From: a virus
Direction: 5' to 3' (one strand)
Length of the DNA stretch: 64,000 nucleotides
IMG/VR virus record: IMGVR_UViG_3300043778_000063
Coordinates: 8,707 to 72,706 of that record
The notes beneath the pieces are model-generated. The model saw nothing but the letters and a program-made list of their open reading frames with translations. It searched no databases and was not told where the DNA came from. Both the position numbers and the translations under genes were made by a program. Below, one piece after another: positions 26,746-37,588 of this stretch. How positions within the stretch are numbered: position 1 is the stretch's first letter; each line of letters begins with the position of its first letter.

Positions 26746-27458
26746 GCGGCCGTCAGCGGCGCCGTGGGGGGAACGAGGAAGCTCGGCGGGGCTGTTGCCG
26801 AAGGCACAATGGGGCGGTCCGTGACCGGAACCGGCGGCTCCGGGCTGTCCTTGTGCGCGTCGGCGATGATGGCGGCGCCTGCGGTCGTCTGCGGGATGGC
26901 ATCGATGATTTTGGCGGCGACCACGTCGGGCGTCAGGCCGAACCGCTTGAGCACCCCGGGTATTGCCAGCGACGCCTGATTCGCCGCGCGCGCCAACATC
27001 GCGTTATCGACCTGCACGGACTTCCCGCTCATTCTGACGGCGCCATCGGAGATCAGCGACGCAGCGCGGTTCTGGAGGAACGTCGTCAGCGCGTTGCGAT
27101 GCCCCTGGTCGAGGTCGATATTCCACTTCGATTTCAGCACGGTTGCCATGTAGCCGACGAGCGCCAGGATCAGCGCATTGGCAACCGAGTCGATGTACGG
27201 CTCAAGCCAGCCGAAGGCGGAAAACTGGATGAGGCCACCGGAGGGCGGCGCCGGCGCCGAAATCAGCGCAACCTTGCCGCCATCATCCTTCTGCAGCTGC
27301 GCCTGTCCGATCGCCACCGGACCGCCCACTCGCTGGGACGCCACCACATCGGCCGTCGCCGGCATCGGCACGCCCTCCGGGTGGATGTTATTGAACTGCG
27401 CGGCCGCCGGCAGAACCAAGGCCAGCAGCATGGCCGGGACGATGAGAAGTCGGCGCAT
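26742..27458 (-). CDS. Holin-like membrane protein with N-terminal signal peptide
   Basis: Signal peptide, TM helix, then HRNALTTFL...IPGVLKRFGLTPDVVAAKI; next to endolysin. Confidence 0.55.
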   Translation of the reverse strand: MRRLLIVPAMLLALVLPAAAQFNNIHPEGVPMPATADVVASQRVGGPVAIGQAQLQKDDGGKVALISAPAPPSGGLIQFSAFGWLEPYIDSVANALILALVGYMATVLKSKWNIDLDQGHRNALTTFLQNRAASLISDGAVRMSGKSVQVDNAMLARAANQASLAIPGVLKRFGLTPDVVAAKIIDAIPQTTAGAAIIADAHKDSPEPPVPVTDRPIVPSATAPPSFLVPPTAPLTAA

Positions 27459-27467
27459 CAGGATCTC

Positions 27468-27671
27468 CTATTCGGGGAAAATTCTGTCTATCACGGCGCA
27501 GAAGGCGGCGTAAGCGTCTTTCAGCTCTTTCATGCCGTTCTCGAACTGCGCCGCAGCAGCGGGAACGCCCTCGCCGATGCCGTTGGTGGCGCAGTTGGCC
27601 GCGCGCGCCTTGGTCGCGTCGATCAGGCCATCCTTGACCGCCTGCAGCATCTCCGCCCGGGACAGGGTCAC
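27468..27671 (-). CDS. Hypothetical protein
   Basis: GTG start coupled to endolysin stop. Confidence 0.55.
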   Translation of the reverse strand: MTLSRAEMLQAVKDGLIDATKARAANCATNGIGEGVPAAAAQFENGMKELKDAYAAFCAVIDRIFPE

Positions 27672-28522
27672 GTCGAGGTCTTCGGCGCCGCTGGCTCTTC
27701 CTTCGGCGCGTCGAGCGCGGCCAGCGCTTCCTTGAGCGCGGCCACCGTCTCGGGCCCGGCGAAGTCGACCCTGAGGTTGTAGCTGCGCTGGAAATGCTCC
27801 ACCGCCTTTTTCGTCTTGTCTCCGTAGCTGCCATCGACGTGCAGCGGGGGTTCCCAGCCGAGCCGATTCAGTGCCGTCTGAATCCATTTGGTGTCGACGC
27901 CGGTCTCAGGCGCCGCGATGCCGGAATGGATCGGCGGCGCAATCGCTGCGCTCGGCAGCGCCAGCGACGGATCAATCTCGACCATCCGGCGGGCGACCGG
28001 GATGATGCCCAACTGCTCGTCCATCACGGTTGGATCATAAACGTGATCTCTCACGTATTTGCCAGGGGTTTGAATGTTCGTTCCTCCCCATAGATAGCTG
28101 GTGTGCTGATGATGCTCATCGCGCGGTCCAAACCCGTTAAAAAGTTCTCCATAGAAGCAGATCAATTCCCAGATCCAGTTGGGCGCGCCAACGCGATCAA
28201 GTCCATTCAGATGGTACGCAGCAATCGCCGAATCCGCCCACGTCCGGAAGGGTCCATTCTTCGGAACGTCCTTCGATATGCTGTTCAAGGGCCAACCTTG
28301 ACCTGCGTTTCTAGTGAAATCCGAACCGGATTCGCGCTCGAATAGCGTCGCCATGAAGACGATCGGCACGCCGGTCGCCACGCTCACGGACTGATACCGC
28401 GGTTTGAACCCGATCAACTTCATCGCGACGTGGTCGACCTCGGCGCGGCATTCCTTCCGGACCACCATCGCGGAGAGCAGTTGCGAATATTCCGGCTTCA
28501 GGATCTCGAAAGGATGACGCAT
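27668..28522 (-). CDS. Endolysin (lysozyme-family protein with C-terminal peptidoglycan-binding domain)
   Basis: RES, ELFNGFG, SYLWGGT, GKYVRDH catalytic motifs; IQTALNRLG..VDGSYGDKTKKAVEHFQ PG-binding-1. Confidence 0.9.
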   Translation of the reverse strand: MRHPFEILKPEYSQLLSAMVVRKECRAEVDHVAMKLIGFKPRYQSVSVATGVPIVFMATLFERESGSDFTRNAGQGWPLNSISKDVPKNGPFRTWADSAIAAYHLNGLDRVGAPNWIWELICFYGELFNGFGPRDEHHQHTSYLWGGTNIQTPGKYVRDHVYDPTVMDEQLGIIPVARRMVEIDPSLALPSAAIAPPIHSGIAAPETGVDTKWIQTALNRLGWEPPLHVDGSYGDKTKKAVEHFQRSYNLRVDFAGPETVAALKEALAALDAPKEEPAAPKTST

Positions 28523-28534
28523 CGATCCAACTCC

Positions 28535-29695
28535 TCAGTTCTGGGATTCCTTCGAGACGATGAAGTTCGATACGAACCCCGTCGGGTTGGCGACCATGAT
28601 AGCACCGTTGTACGACCGGATGTTGAGGCAATCGTTCAGATTGAGCCACATGCTGGCGCTGACTTTCGTGGTCTGCACGCCACCAGTGCCATTCTCCTCA
28701 TCCGCCTTGATGATGCCGCCGTTGACGTACAGCGACACGTAGAACACGGTATTCGGCGGCGCAGAGGGGAAATACAGCGTCGCGTCGGCATGGTACACAC
28801 CTGCGACATGCGGCGTGAAACAGCCTGTGGCCGGATTATAATCCCCGTTCAAATCGGTGTAGATCAGATCCGGCACGAGGAATTGCGGCGTCGGCGTCGC
28901 CGAGAGCGCGACCGCCTCTTGCCAGCCGACTGACGTCAACGTCGGACCGCCGAGCGTGACCGGGATTCCAGCCAGATAGCTCATGACGTCTTGGTTGAAA
29001 TACCCAGGCTGGTGACCCAACGTCCGGATCGTGAGCAGAGAGCAACTGGCGCCGACCGCTGGACAGAATATCGACGACGTCAGATTCTCCGGGACGGTCG
29101 AGTCGTTGTCCCCGTGCCAGATCTGGATCGGAACGCCTACAAAATTTGCTGCATTCAGATTCGGCGTGACTGAACTCTGGATCGCCGAAAATCCGGCCGC
29201 CGTCACGCCATATGCGCTGTATAGCGACGCCTGAAGCGACGGGAAGACAGCAGGGTCGGTCACGGGGAAAACTGCCGCGATCCGAGCGCACATCGAGGCC
29301 GGAGCATTGAAATTTTGCAAGCCTCCGCGCGATTGCGCATAGCAATTCGGTTTCGCCGCTAGCGAATAATTCGACGTGATAAACGCAGCGAATGGTCCCA
29401 ACTGCGCGGCGTTATAGCCGTAGTCGTCGAGCCCGCCATCGGCCCCAGGAATCCACATGCCGACCACGGTCTGGCAAAATGGCTGCTGCGATAGGCCGGC
29501 TATCAAAGGGAGTGGTGCGGCATATCCGAGGCCGCCATTTGACACCGGCCCGGTCGGCATGATCAGCGTCCATTGATTGCCCGTGCAGCCGGCTGCGGGC
29601 GTATTCATGAAATATGTGAACCCATTCCATGTCAGAGCATTTGCGGGAAGACATCCGATCGACAACAGGAGCAGTGCTGCTAATATTTTTTTCAC
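28535..29695 (-). CDS. Secreted alpha/beta-hydrolase (esterase) with C1q-like C-terminal domain
   Basis: Signal peptide; AQSRGG elbow, WHGDNDSTV, LGH triad; YNPATGCFTPHVAGVY C1q-like. Confidence 0.7.
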   Translation of the reverse strand: MKKILAALLLLSIGCLPANALTWNGFTYFMNTPAAGCTGNQWTLIMPTGPVSNGGLGYAAPLPLIAGLSQQPFCQTVVGMWIPGADGGLDDYGYNAAQLGPFAAFITSNYSLAAKPNCYAQSRGGLQNFNAPASMCARIAAVFPVTDPAVFPSLQASLYSAYGVTAAGFSAIQSSVTPNLNAANFVGVPIQIWHGDNDSTVPENLTSSIFCPAVGASCSLLTIRTLGHQPGYFNQDVMSYLAGIPVTLGGPTLTSVGWQEAVALSATPTPQFLVPDLIYTDLNGDYNPATGCFTPHVAGVYHADATLYFPSAPPNTVFYVSLYVNGGIIKADEENGTGGVQTTKVSASMWLNLNDCLNIRSYNGAIMVANPTGFVSNFIVSKESQN

Positions 29696-29707
29696 GTTGA
29701 TTCCTTG

Positions 29708-31798
29708 CTATGGTGAATAATGCTCAAGAACGTAGATTGATCCGACAGCCCCCGCTCCGCCAGGTTGGCCTGTAGATGCCGTGCCTGCAGCCCCTCCCGC
29801 GCCAACGCTATAGGAATAAGTCGCGCTCGGCGCATTGACTATCTTGCTGAAACATCCTCCTGCGCCACCTCCAGTTCCAGCTCCAGCGCCAGCAAGCGCC
29901 GTTCCGCCGCTGCCTCCTCCCCCTGAATTTGTGATCCCGGCCGTGCCTGCATTTCCCGGTGTCGAGATTGGACCACCGCCACTATAAAATCCGCTATCAC
30001 CTCCGATTCCAGCGTTTCCGGTTGTCCCGGTTCCCGGGCCGCCGGCTCCTCCTGTAAAATTCAGATCTCCTCCTGTGGCCGTACCGCCGTTGACCGCGGC
30101 GCCATTATTACCATTGCCTGCGCCACCGCCGTTTGCGGTCAAGAATGATGATCCAAATGTCGTGGCAGATCCTGCTGTGGCTGCAACTGTCGTTCCGGTT
30201 CCTCCGAACCCGCCGCCGCCGCCGCCGCCGCAGCCGCGAATCTCCAGCCACGATACGGCACCGTTGGCGGTCGGTGTCGTGTACGTTCCGGAAACAAATC
30301 CGCCTGTTCCGGTTGCTGTACCAGAGTTGAGAGCCGTGCTAACCGTGATCGGTCCGGTGCCCTTGATGGTGGTGGCGCTGGCAAATACTGCAGCCTGGCC
30401 GGCCGCTGGTGTGCCGCTGGTCGAGACGTTTCCTGATCCAGCTGGCGTTTGCCATGTGCCATCTCCGCGCCAGAAAGTGGATGAGGATGCGCTCGTTCCG
30501 CTATTCAAGTTCGTGACTGGCAGATTTCCGGTGACACCGCCATTGCCCGATGAGGCTAGATTCGCGGCCGACATGAACGAGCCAGAAACCGTCCCCGAAT
30601 TGATCTCCGATCCGGCAATCGACTTGTTCGTGAGCGTTTGCGTATCGGTCGTCCCAACGATCAACCCGCTTGCGGGGAAGGTCTGCGCGGTCCCGCTGAC
30701 CGTAAGAGCGGTGAATGCTCCCGTGCTCGGCGTTCCCGACCCGATCGGACCCGGCGTCGCGAAATTGGCGCCATTGATAAATGATGCGTTTAGATTCGCG
30801 ACCACTGTGGTCGACGCCACTGAGAATGGTGCGGTACCTGTTGCGAGGGTCGATGCGATCTGACCTGACGTCGTCATCGTACCCGTGATCGCTGGTGTGA
30901 TCATCGTTGGCGATGTATTGAGCACATAGCCGCCAGTCCCGGTTGGTGCGGTACCGTTGTTGTAAATGAGGCCTGCAATATTGAGGGTGCTGATGCCCTT
31001 GTCACCCCCGGTCGGCGATCCGATCGTGATGCCGCCGCTGGCATTCTGGCATAGTCCATTGGCCAATATCGCCGAGGCGATCGGTGTCGTCGCCACGCAA
31101 GCCTGGCTGCCCTGATGCCCGGACGAGATGTTCTCCGCCGCATAGATCCGATAAGATGCAATCGCCGTCGTCGTCAGACCCGCGCCGTTGTACGCCCATG
31201 AGTTGAACGATCCGACCTCGGTGCCCGATGTGATCGCGGTTGGACTCGCGTTGGTCCCGCCGTACGAAACCCCGGAGAACGTCGATGGCTGACCGAACGC
31301 GTTGAGTTGGATGCGGCCGACCACGCCATTCGCCGCTCCGACGTTCAATGCAGCACCCGCGATCGCCGCCGGCAACGTGGTGGCGTTCAGGTTGATGATC
31401 TGCTCGGCGGCAAATGTGTTCGTGGCGTTTATGACCGCACACGTCGCGCACGGGCCAACCCCGATCGGACCGACCGTTGATCCGTTGACCTGGAAGAAAA
31501 ATCCGGCAGCGGTATCCCAGACGTCTCCATTGATGGGTGATGTCGCAGGTACGCCAGGCGCAATATTGAACCCGGAACGCGATGCCGTTGATGGCGCCGT
31601 GGTCAACTCGCCGGTCATGATTCCGCCGGACGTCAAGACCGGAGGTGCTCCAAGATAATCTTGCTTCGATGCCCACTCCTCGTTCCATTGCGCTGTGGTT
31701 GGAACTTGCCCGTAAGTCCAGCCGGGGTTGCTCTGCGCCAGCGCGGCGCTCGGCAGGAGCGCCAGCAACGCGAAGAGGGCCGCTTTCAAATGGCGCAT
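29708..31798 (-). CDS. Glycine-rich tail fibre/appendage protein with signal peptide
   Basis: [11 protein letters not shown]-domain, [35 protein letters not shown], Gly-rich C-terminal domain. Confidence 0.8.
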   Translation of the reverse strand: MRHLKAALFALLALLPSAALAQSNPGWTYGQVPTTAQWNEEWASKQDYLGAPPVLTSGGIMTGELTTAPSTASRSGFNIAPGVPATSPINGDVWDTAAGFFFQVNGSTVGPIGVGPCATCAVINATNTFAAEQIINLNATTLPAAIAGAALNVGAANGVVGRIQLNAFGQPSTFSGVSYGGTNASPTAITSGTEVGSFNSWAYNGAGLTTTAIASYRIYAAENISSGHQGSQACVATTPIASAILANGLCQNASGGITIGSPTGGDKGISTLNIAGLIYNNGTAPTGTGGYVLNTSPTMITPAITGTMTTSGQIASTLATGTAPFSVASTTVVANLNASFINGANFATPGPIGSGTPSTGAFTALTVSGTAQTFPASGLIVGTTDTQTLTNKSIAGSEINSGTVSGSFMSAANLASSGNGGVTGNLPVTNLNSGTSASSSTFWRGDGTWQTPAGSGNVSTSGTPAAGQAAVFASATTIKGTGPITVSTALNSGTATGTGGFVSGTYTTPTANGAVSWLEIRGCGGGGGGGFGGTGTTVAATAGSATTFGSSFLTANGGGAGNGNNGAAVNGGTATGGDLNFTGGAGGPGTGTTGNAGIGGDSGFYSGGGPISTPGNAGTAGITNSGGGGSGGTALAGAGAGTGGGAGGCFSKIVNAPSATYSYSVGAGGAAGTASTGQPGGAGAVGSIYVLEHYSP

Positions 31799-31807
31799 CG
31801 ATTTCCC

Positions 31808-32680
31808 TCAGTTCTGGAACGGTGGCAGTTTCCACGCATCGACATTCGCCGTGGTCAGATCGGCGACATCCGACATCGCCTGCGCCGCCCATCGGTGAAT
31901 CGATTCGACCGTCTTCCTGTTGGCCTCTCGCGCCAGCATGAAGGCGTGATCGGCGGGTGATCTGGTCTTCGCCATCAGGCCAGGCCGGTCGGCATAGGCG
32001 GCCTCGGCTTGCTTCACCACCGCAGCCTGATCGGCGATCGGCTGATCAAGCGCTTTTGCTGCCGCCAGATCAGAGGCAATCACCGCGCCGAGCCCGGTCA
32101 GAGACTGCATCGCCGCTCCGATCAGTCCCGGCTGCTCGGCGGCCAACTTCATCTCAATTTTCTCTTGCTGGCTATTGAGAGCGGCCAACTTGTTCCGTTC
32201 ATTGTCAACCGCGCGCAGCGATTGCTCAACGGCTGCGGCATCCGCCACCTGTATGTCGGCGGCGCGAAACTCGGCGGCGCGCAGCTTCGCCGCCGGGATG
32301 ACTTTCTCGATCTGCGCTACCTCGGCCTCCTGGATCTGACCGATCAACGCCTGCTTCTTCGCCGCAAGAACCTGATCCGGTGTCGGGCCATCGTCCACGA
32401 TGACATAGTTCGGTCCGGTATCATCGACCGCGCCAGCAACAATGGCAGGAGCGATCGGCGGCGGGAACGGCGCGTGCGCTTTTTCCTTCGGCACGCCAGC
32501 GGCCTTGTCTGCAGCGACCGCAGCCATGTGAGCCTTCCAATCCGTCATTTCCTTGGCATAGGCTGCGACGTCCGCCTGGAACGTCGGGCCCACCTGAGAC
32601 TTCAGAATCTTCGCCGGCTCAGCGGCAAAGACCGTCGACGTGAAAAATATCGCGATGAGAAGCAGAGCTGCGCGTTTCAT
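31808..32680 (-). CDS. Putative tail-fibre assembly/accessory protein with signal peptide
   Basis: Coupled to fibre gene; MKRAALLLIAIFFTSTVFA|AEP; helical, ends VDAWKLPPF. Confidence 0.6.
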   Translation of the reverse strand: MKRAALLLIAIFFTSTVFAAEPAKILKSQVGPTFQADVAAYAKEMTDWKAHMAAVAADKAAGVPKEKAHAPFPPPIAPAIVAGAVDDTGPNYVIVDDGPTPDQVLAAKKQALIGQIQEAEVAQIEKVIPAAKLRAAEFRAADIQVADAAAVEQSLRAVDNERNKLAALNSQQEKIEMKLAAEQPGLIGAAMQSLTGLGAVIASDLAAAKALDQPIADQAAVVKQAEAAYADRPGLMAKTRSPADHAFMLAREANRKTVESIHRWAAQAMSDVADLTTANVDAWKLPPFQN

Positions 32681-33891
32681 AGTTTGATAATCCATATGCC
32701 GATCATGGCTCGAGGCGTGTTATTGGCCGGCGTGTTGAAAAGACCGTTACCGCCATCGGTGGCGCCGTTGACGACATGCGTGTGGTTGGCGCTCTCGGTG
32801 CTCGTCGTGAACGAATAGGCGTGCTGATGACGCGTGCTGGCGCCTGACGTGTTGACGTTCGAATTGTTGAAGCTACCTCCGCCAGCGACATTCGCACCAC
32901 CGCCGCCGAATCCCTCGACCGAGTGGAAATGATCCGGACTATCGTTTCCGGTCGTGCCGGATCCGGTATGCGTATGGGCGGCGCTCTCGATGCTGCTCGT
33001 GATGTTGATGTTGTGCGTGTGCGCCGGGAGTTCGCCGACAGTGTTGGTGTGAAAGACCTCGCCGATCAATGATAGATTGAAGTTCGGGCCGCCGCCGAAA
33101 ATGACCGGGACGCTATTCAGAACCCCTGTGCCCTGGTCGTTCCCCATCTGCATGGAGCCAGCCATCGAAAACACGGCGATTTGCTTGTTCGCTGCGTAAT
33201 CCGCTGCAGCATTGGCTCCTCGGCCGCCAGTGACCGGGCACTGCGTGTTCGAGCAATTATTCCACAGCAGAACGTACAGAAGTTGCGTCGTCGAGTTGGC
33301 CACTGTCGCACCGGACGACGCATTACCTATCGTAGTCGAGGCGTTCAGGTTGACCCATCCAGAGGGTACGGTCGTCCAGGTCCACGCGATCGAGCCGGTC
33401 TGATACGTGCTCGGCAGCGGCACCCAATTCGTCCCGCCAGTGTCCGGGTTCGAGGTGTTGTTGTCGGCGGTCGAAAGCCAGAAGTCACCTGGAACGATCG
33501 TAGATTGGAGAATGGCTCCCTTCGGGTATCCATTCGCGGCTCCGGTCGCAAACGTCGCGTCGTAGAATGTCGGGCCGCCTGCGGATGTCCACTGATCCCA
33601 TTGCGTGATCTGCCGCAGAATGCCGTTGAAGTCCTGCCCGAACGGCGCGCAGCCGCCGGCAGCGGCCGGCACGAAAGTGAGCGGCGGAAAACCATCCGTG
33701 AGCGAGGCCGAGCAATTCGTGATGCCGATCTGAGACGGCTGCGGAATCGATCGGATGTACGGCGTCGCCGCAAACGCGCCCCAGGTCAGCGCGAACTTTG
33801 GCGGGACATTGGCCTGCTGGATGGCGCCCGCACCGCTCGCGCCGAACAGCGCCAGAGCCGCGACAAAGGCTGCTATGATTCGGTTCTTCAT
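32677..33891 (-). CDS. Baseplate-attached tail fibre (collar domain, HxH tip) with signal peptide
   Basis: ASLTDGFPPLT..GQDFNGIL, GYPKGA, NNTSNPD N-domain; PSGWV collar; multiple HxH motifs. Confidence 0.85.
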   Translation of the reverse strand: MKNRIIAAFVAALALFGASGAGAIQQANVPPKFALTWGAFAATPYIRSIPQPSQIGITNCSASLTDGFPPLTFVPAAAGGCAPFGQDFNGILRQITQWDQWTSAGGPTFYDATFATGAANGYPKGAILQSTIVPGDFWLSTADNNTSNPDTGGTNWVPLPSTYQTGSIAWTWTTVPSGWVNLNASTTIGNASSGATVANSTTQLLYVLLWNNCSNTQCPVTGGRGANAAADYAANKQIAVFSMAGSMQMGNDQGTGVLNSVPVIFGGGPNFNLSLIGEVFHTNTVGELPAHTHNINITSSIESAAHTHTGSGTTGNDSPDHFHSVEGFGGGGANVAGGGSFNNSNVNTSGASTRHQHAYSFTTSTESANHTHVVNGATDGGNGLFNTPANNTPRAMIGIWIIKL

Positions 33892-33908
33892 GCGGTAATT
33901 CTCTCCCA

Positions 33909-34586
33909 TCATGACGGCGGAGCTGTGATGTTAATACCGACGCCAGCCGGATCGGGCAAGACGCCAGGGGTCTGCAGGATCGCGAGGTCGACCGGCGTAA
34001 GGGGAAAGCTGAACGTATAGGTCGCCGTCATGTTCTGATTGTCGGCGATGTAGGCGGTCCCGCGGCCGGGGAAAAGCTGCAGCAGGATGCTGTTCGTCGA
34101 TTGGATGGATCCGTCGGAGATGTTGCCCGCAGCTTTGGCCAGGATGAGCCGCCGAAAATCGGAGTCCTGCAGGATGAAATTGGAAACCGACGACGAGCCG
34201 CTGGCGAAGCTGCCCTGGTTGAACCCGGTCCAACTGTTCGCCTCATTGAACCCAAAGCTCGGGGTGAGACCAGAGAATTTCAGCACCCTGGTGACACCGA
34301 CGATCCTGCCCAGCACATCGAGACCGTAGCCGACCGCGGTCGTGATATCGACCTCATTCTCCAGGAACTGCTCGTAGAACTGCGTCAGGTCCATCGCCGC
34401 GTTGAACGACGTGATCAGACCAGTGATGATTGGACTGTTTGCGTATTGGCTGAGAACGATCGTCCATGGATCCCACGGCGAAAGTTCGCCGAGCGGACTC
34501 ACGCCGATGGAAAAAGTCCCAATCGCATTCGATCCTGGCGTGAAACCTGGAGCGAACCGGGGATAGGGCGGGCCCGTGTCGGTCAT
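33909..34586 (-). CDS. DUF2612 baseplate wedge protein
   Basis: [38 protein letters not shown]. Confidence 0.88.
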   Translation of the reverse strand: MTDTGPPYPRFAPGFTPGSNAIGTFSIGVSPLGELSPWDPWTIVLSQYANSPIITGLITSFNAAMDLTQFYEQFLENEVDITTAVGYGLDVLGRIVGVTRVLKFSGLTPSFGFNEANSWTGFNQGSFASGSSSVSNFILQDSDFRRLILAKAAGNISDGSIQSTNSILLQLFPGRGTAYIADNQNMTATYTFSFPLTPVDLAILQTPGVLPDPAGVGINITAPPS

Positions 34587-36448
34587 GTGTGCGAAACCAA
34601 AATGTTCGCCGCGGTGAGCTGCGGCACCTGATTCGCGTTGACCTGGATCACGATCTGATCGGCAGATGCCGCAGTGAATACTCCGTTGGTGGTGAGCGCC
34701 GCACCGCTCGACGTCGTGGTGTTGCTCGTCACGTAAACGCCAGCACCGCCGGGCGTGCCGCTGGTTTGGTTGACGATGATGGTATTGGACGGAACGCCGG
34801 TACCGGTCAGAACATTGCCGTTTACAATCACGCCGGTCACAGCCGTCACGGTCAAGTTAAAACCTGATCCCGTGCCCGTGAACGTCGCGCCAAATAGCGT
34901 CTGGGGTTGGTTGACCGTATAGACGCCGACGCCGCCCGGGGTGCCGCTGGTCTGGCCGGTGATATAGGTGGCATTCAGCGTGAGATTGAGCACGTCGAAC
35001 AGCGCATCATTCGTGATCAACGTCCCTGACGTCACCGCAGTGACCGTCAGATTATTCCCGGAAATATTCCCAACCACGACCGCATCGGATTCATTGGCCG
35101 ATCCGATACCGATCGCAGCGACCTGCGCCCATGTCCCCAACGCCGCCACAGCTGGGACGTACTGGATCGCGTATAACTGAGAATTGATCCGCGCCCGCGG
35201 AATCGTCGTCCCGGTGGTGGTGGTCGCCGAAGTCATCGGCTCGCTGGTGACGGTCTGCGCCACGCTGACCGAATAGGTGCCGATTCCTCCGGTCCCGGTG
35301 CCGAAACCGGTGATCGTCGTGTTGGCGACCAGATTGCCGGTGAGGTCATCGATCGTCTGGCCGATTGACAGCGTTCCGGAATTCACCGCGCTGACGGTAA
35401 GCGTCGTCCCCGCCACCGAGCCCGTGAAATTGGCCTGCAGGGATTGCCCCGAGAATGCTGCGAGGATCGCGCTCTGGATCTGGGTCTGGAATGTCGATGG
35501 GACCAGCGGGCCGTTCGCGACCACGATCTTGAACAGCACCTGAAGCGCTGGCGGGATCTCGTAGGTGATCTGGTACGGAACCGGCGCGGAATACAGCGGA
35601 TTCGAATCGTAGACCGTGACCGTGGTGTTTCCCACCATCGGCGAGCCCGGGCTCTTTTTGGACCAAATCGCCTGCGCCACGGCCGCTGGCGCGCCGCCGG
35701 CAACGCAGATGTACGTCGAATAGGCCGCGATCGAGACCCCGTTGATGACCACGGTCCCGTTCGTGGGATTGGCGACACCGTAATAGTCGAGAACCCCTGG
35801 CACCTCGGCGACGGCGCCGATGATGGCACCGACCGGGCCGAAACTGTTGCCGGCGACGCTATCCTGCCGCCGCGTTTCAAATGCCGCGCGGCTCTCGACG
35901 TTGCGTCCGATCGCGCCCGACAGCACCGTGGCGGAATCCCATCCGGGGATGAGCTGCGTCAGGGTCACCGCGGCAGGTACCGCCAGCGGGCCCGGCACCA
36001 CTGCGGCAAACGACAGCGTGATCGCCCCTCCGACTGGGATCGTGCCGGCCTGGACGCACTGATAGAGGTTGTTGTTGATGTCCTGGACCAGCGCGCCGAT
36101 CGGAATTATGACGCCTTGGGCGCCGTTGCAGATGATCTGGAGTGCGGTCGGTTCCGAGGGCTGCCGGGCGAAGCCGGGGATCAGCCGCCCCAGCGCATCC
36201 TGAAACCTGCCGGACGCATAGGCCGGATCGAACTGTTGAGCGTAATAGACCGCAGTCGAATACGTATTGACGACGATCGCGCCCCAGGACTGCGCCAACT
36301 GCCCCTGCGGTGTCGTGAGCCCGTAGTTGAGCGCGCTACCGAACGCGCCGCTGATGTCGAGTTGCACGCCGGCGAGAACGGACGGGCCCGATGGCGCCAG
36401 AAACCCGGCCGACGTCCATTGTATTTGGGGGACCGACGTTCCGGCCAT
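34583..36448 (-). CDS. Baseplate J-like protein with three inserted beta domains
   Basis: [35 protein letters not shown]. Confidence 0.9.
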   Translation of the reverse strand: MAGTSVPQIQWTSAGFLAPSGPSVLAGVQLDISGAFGSALNYGLTTPQGQLAQSWGAIVVNTYSTAVYYAQQFDPAYASGRFQDALGRLIPGFARQPSEPTALQIICNGAQGVIIPIGALVQDINNNLYQCVQAGTIPVGGAITLSFAAVVPGPLAVPAAVTLTQLIPGWDSATVLSGAIGRNVESRAAFETRRQDSVAGNSFGPVGAIIGAVAEVPGVLDYYGVANPTNGTVVINGVSIAAYSTYICVAGGAPAAVAQAIWSKKSPGSPMVGNTTVTVYDSNPLYSAPVPYQITYEIPPALQVLFKIVVANGPLVPSTFQTQIQSAILAAFSGQSLQANFTGSVAGTTLTVSAVNSGTLSIGQTIDDLTGNLVANTTITGFGTGTGGIGTYSVSVAQTVTSEPMTSATTTTGTTIPRARINSQLYAIQYVPAVAALGTWAQVAAIGIGSANESDAVVVGNISGNNLTVTAVTSGTLITNDALFDVLNLTLNATYITGQTSGTPGGVGVYTVNQPQTLFGATFTGTGSGFNLTVTAVTGVIVNGNVLTGTGVPSNTIIVNQTSGTPGGAGVYVTSNTTTSSGAALTTNGVFTAASADQIVIQVNANQVPQLTAANILVSHT

Positions 36449-36449
36449 C

Positions 36450-36830
36450 TCATCCGATTCCTTGCGGGTTAATGACGGCGAAACTGGCGAACGAGGTCTG
36501 ACCTGTCGACGCGCTGGTAACCTGGATTTGGCCGGAAATCGAGCGGCCGCTCACCGACGAGATGAAGCACACCGCAGAACCGACATCGGGCACCGTCAGA
36601 GCAGCACCTACGAACAGCCCCTTGATCTGCGCCAACGAAGGATTGCCGCCGAAGACGATACCCAGATAATCGATGCCGAGCGTCGTATCGAAATAGCACT
36701 CCCCAATGAATGTCTTGATCGCCGAGGCGGCATCTTGCGCAAGGGAGTATGGCTCGCTGGCGACCGCGATGTTCCCCGAACTATCGAGGGTCAAATCCCA
36801 TTGGGTTCTGTCCAGCAACAAAGTGCTCAT
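36450..36830 (-). CDS. Baseplate wedge/sheath initiator (gp25-like)
   Basis: [34 protein letters not shown]. Confidence 0.85.
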   Translation of the reverse strand: MSTLLLDRTQWDLTLDSSGNIAVASEPYSLAQDAASAIKTFIGECYFDTTLGIDYLGIVFGGNPSLAQIKGLFVGAALTVPDVGSAVCFISSVSGRSISGQIQVTSASTGQTSFASFAVINPQGIG

Positions 36831-37588
36831 ACCGGCGGCCCCGAATCTCCACCGCCGGTCTGAACTCCGCTATGCACATGAGTGGCCAAACTCTTGCCGC
36901 CGCCGACGACATCGGCCGCAGTGACCGTGCCGGTAAGCACGATGTTCCCAAAATACGTTCCACCCGCCTCGCTCTGTATCGTCCCGCCGAGCTGAAAATT
37001 TTGCGTCACGACAAGCGCTCCGTTGATGGTCACCGGCTGGCCGGACTTCGGCGTGATCGACCATCCTGTCGATGAACTGACTACCATATTTCCGTCGACA
37101 TCGACGAACTTCAAATGACCGTCGGCCGTGAACTGGATGTAGCAGGTTGGGGCCGGGTTCAGGATCGCGCCGACATAGACGCTGTCCGCGAGGTTGTACC
37201 GGCGCCGCGAGCCCGGCAGCGCCGCGGCCTTGGTGTTCTTAACCTTGGACATATCCCGGCTTGCCGCAACGATAAACCCGATGTCCCCCACCACCGGATC
37301 GCAGATGATGGCGTTTTTCCCGCCCTGGATCCGCGACCATGGGATGCCATGCACTGTCCCGTGGGGCGTCCCATAGCCATTGCCGTCAATCTGGCTAATG
37401 AGCGGCTGGACGTCCACCGTGCCAGCCGCTGGCGGCGTTCCCGCGCCTGCGGTGACCGCCAGCACCTTCACCGGTGTCATGGTCGAGATCTTGGCGACGA
37501 CCTGCCGCGCGAGGAACAGCACCGATCGATAGTCGGAGCCCGAATCGTTGGGGGTTTCGTGGCCATAGCCGAATGTGGTGTCGCTCAC
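36827..37588 (-). CDS. Gp138-family baseplate spike
   Basis: VDVQPL, PVVGDIG, R..NLAD, C-terminal THVHSGVQTG. Confidence 0.9.
   Translation of the reverse strand: MSDTTFGYGHETPNDSGSDYRSVLFLARQVVAKISTMTPVKVLAVTAGAGTPPAAGTVDVQPLISQIDGNGYGTPHGTVHGIPWSRIQGGKNAIICDPVVGDIGFIVAASRDMSKVKNTKAAALPGSRRRYNLADSVYVGAILNPAPTCYIQFTADGHLKFVDVDGNMVVSSSTGWSITPKSGQPVTINGALVVTQNFQLGGTIQSEAGGTYFGNIVLTGTVTAADVVGGGKSLATHVHSGVQTGGGDSGPPV

Noticed and set aside
29708-33891. Diversity-generating retroelement acting on fibres
   Set aside because: No reverse transcriptase and no TR/VR repeat pair noticed
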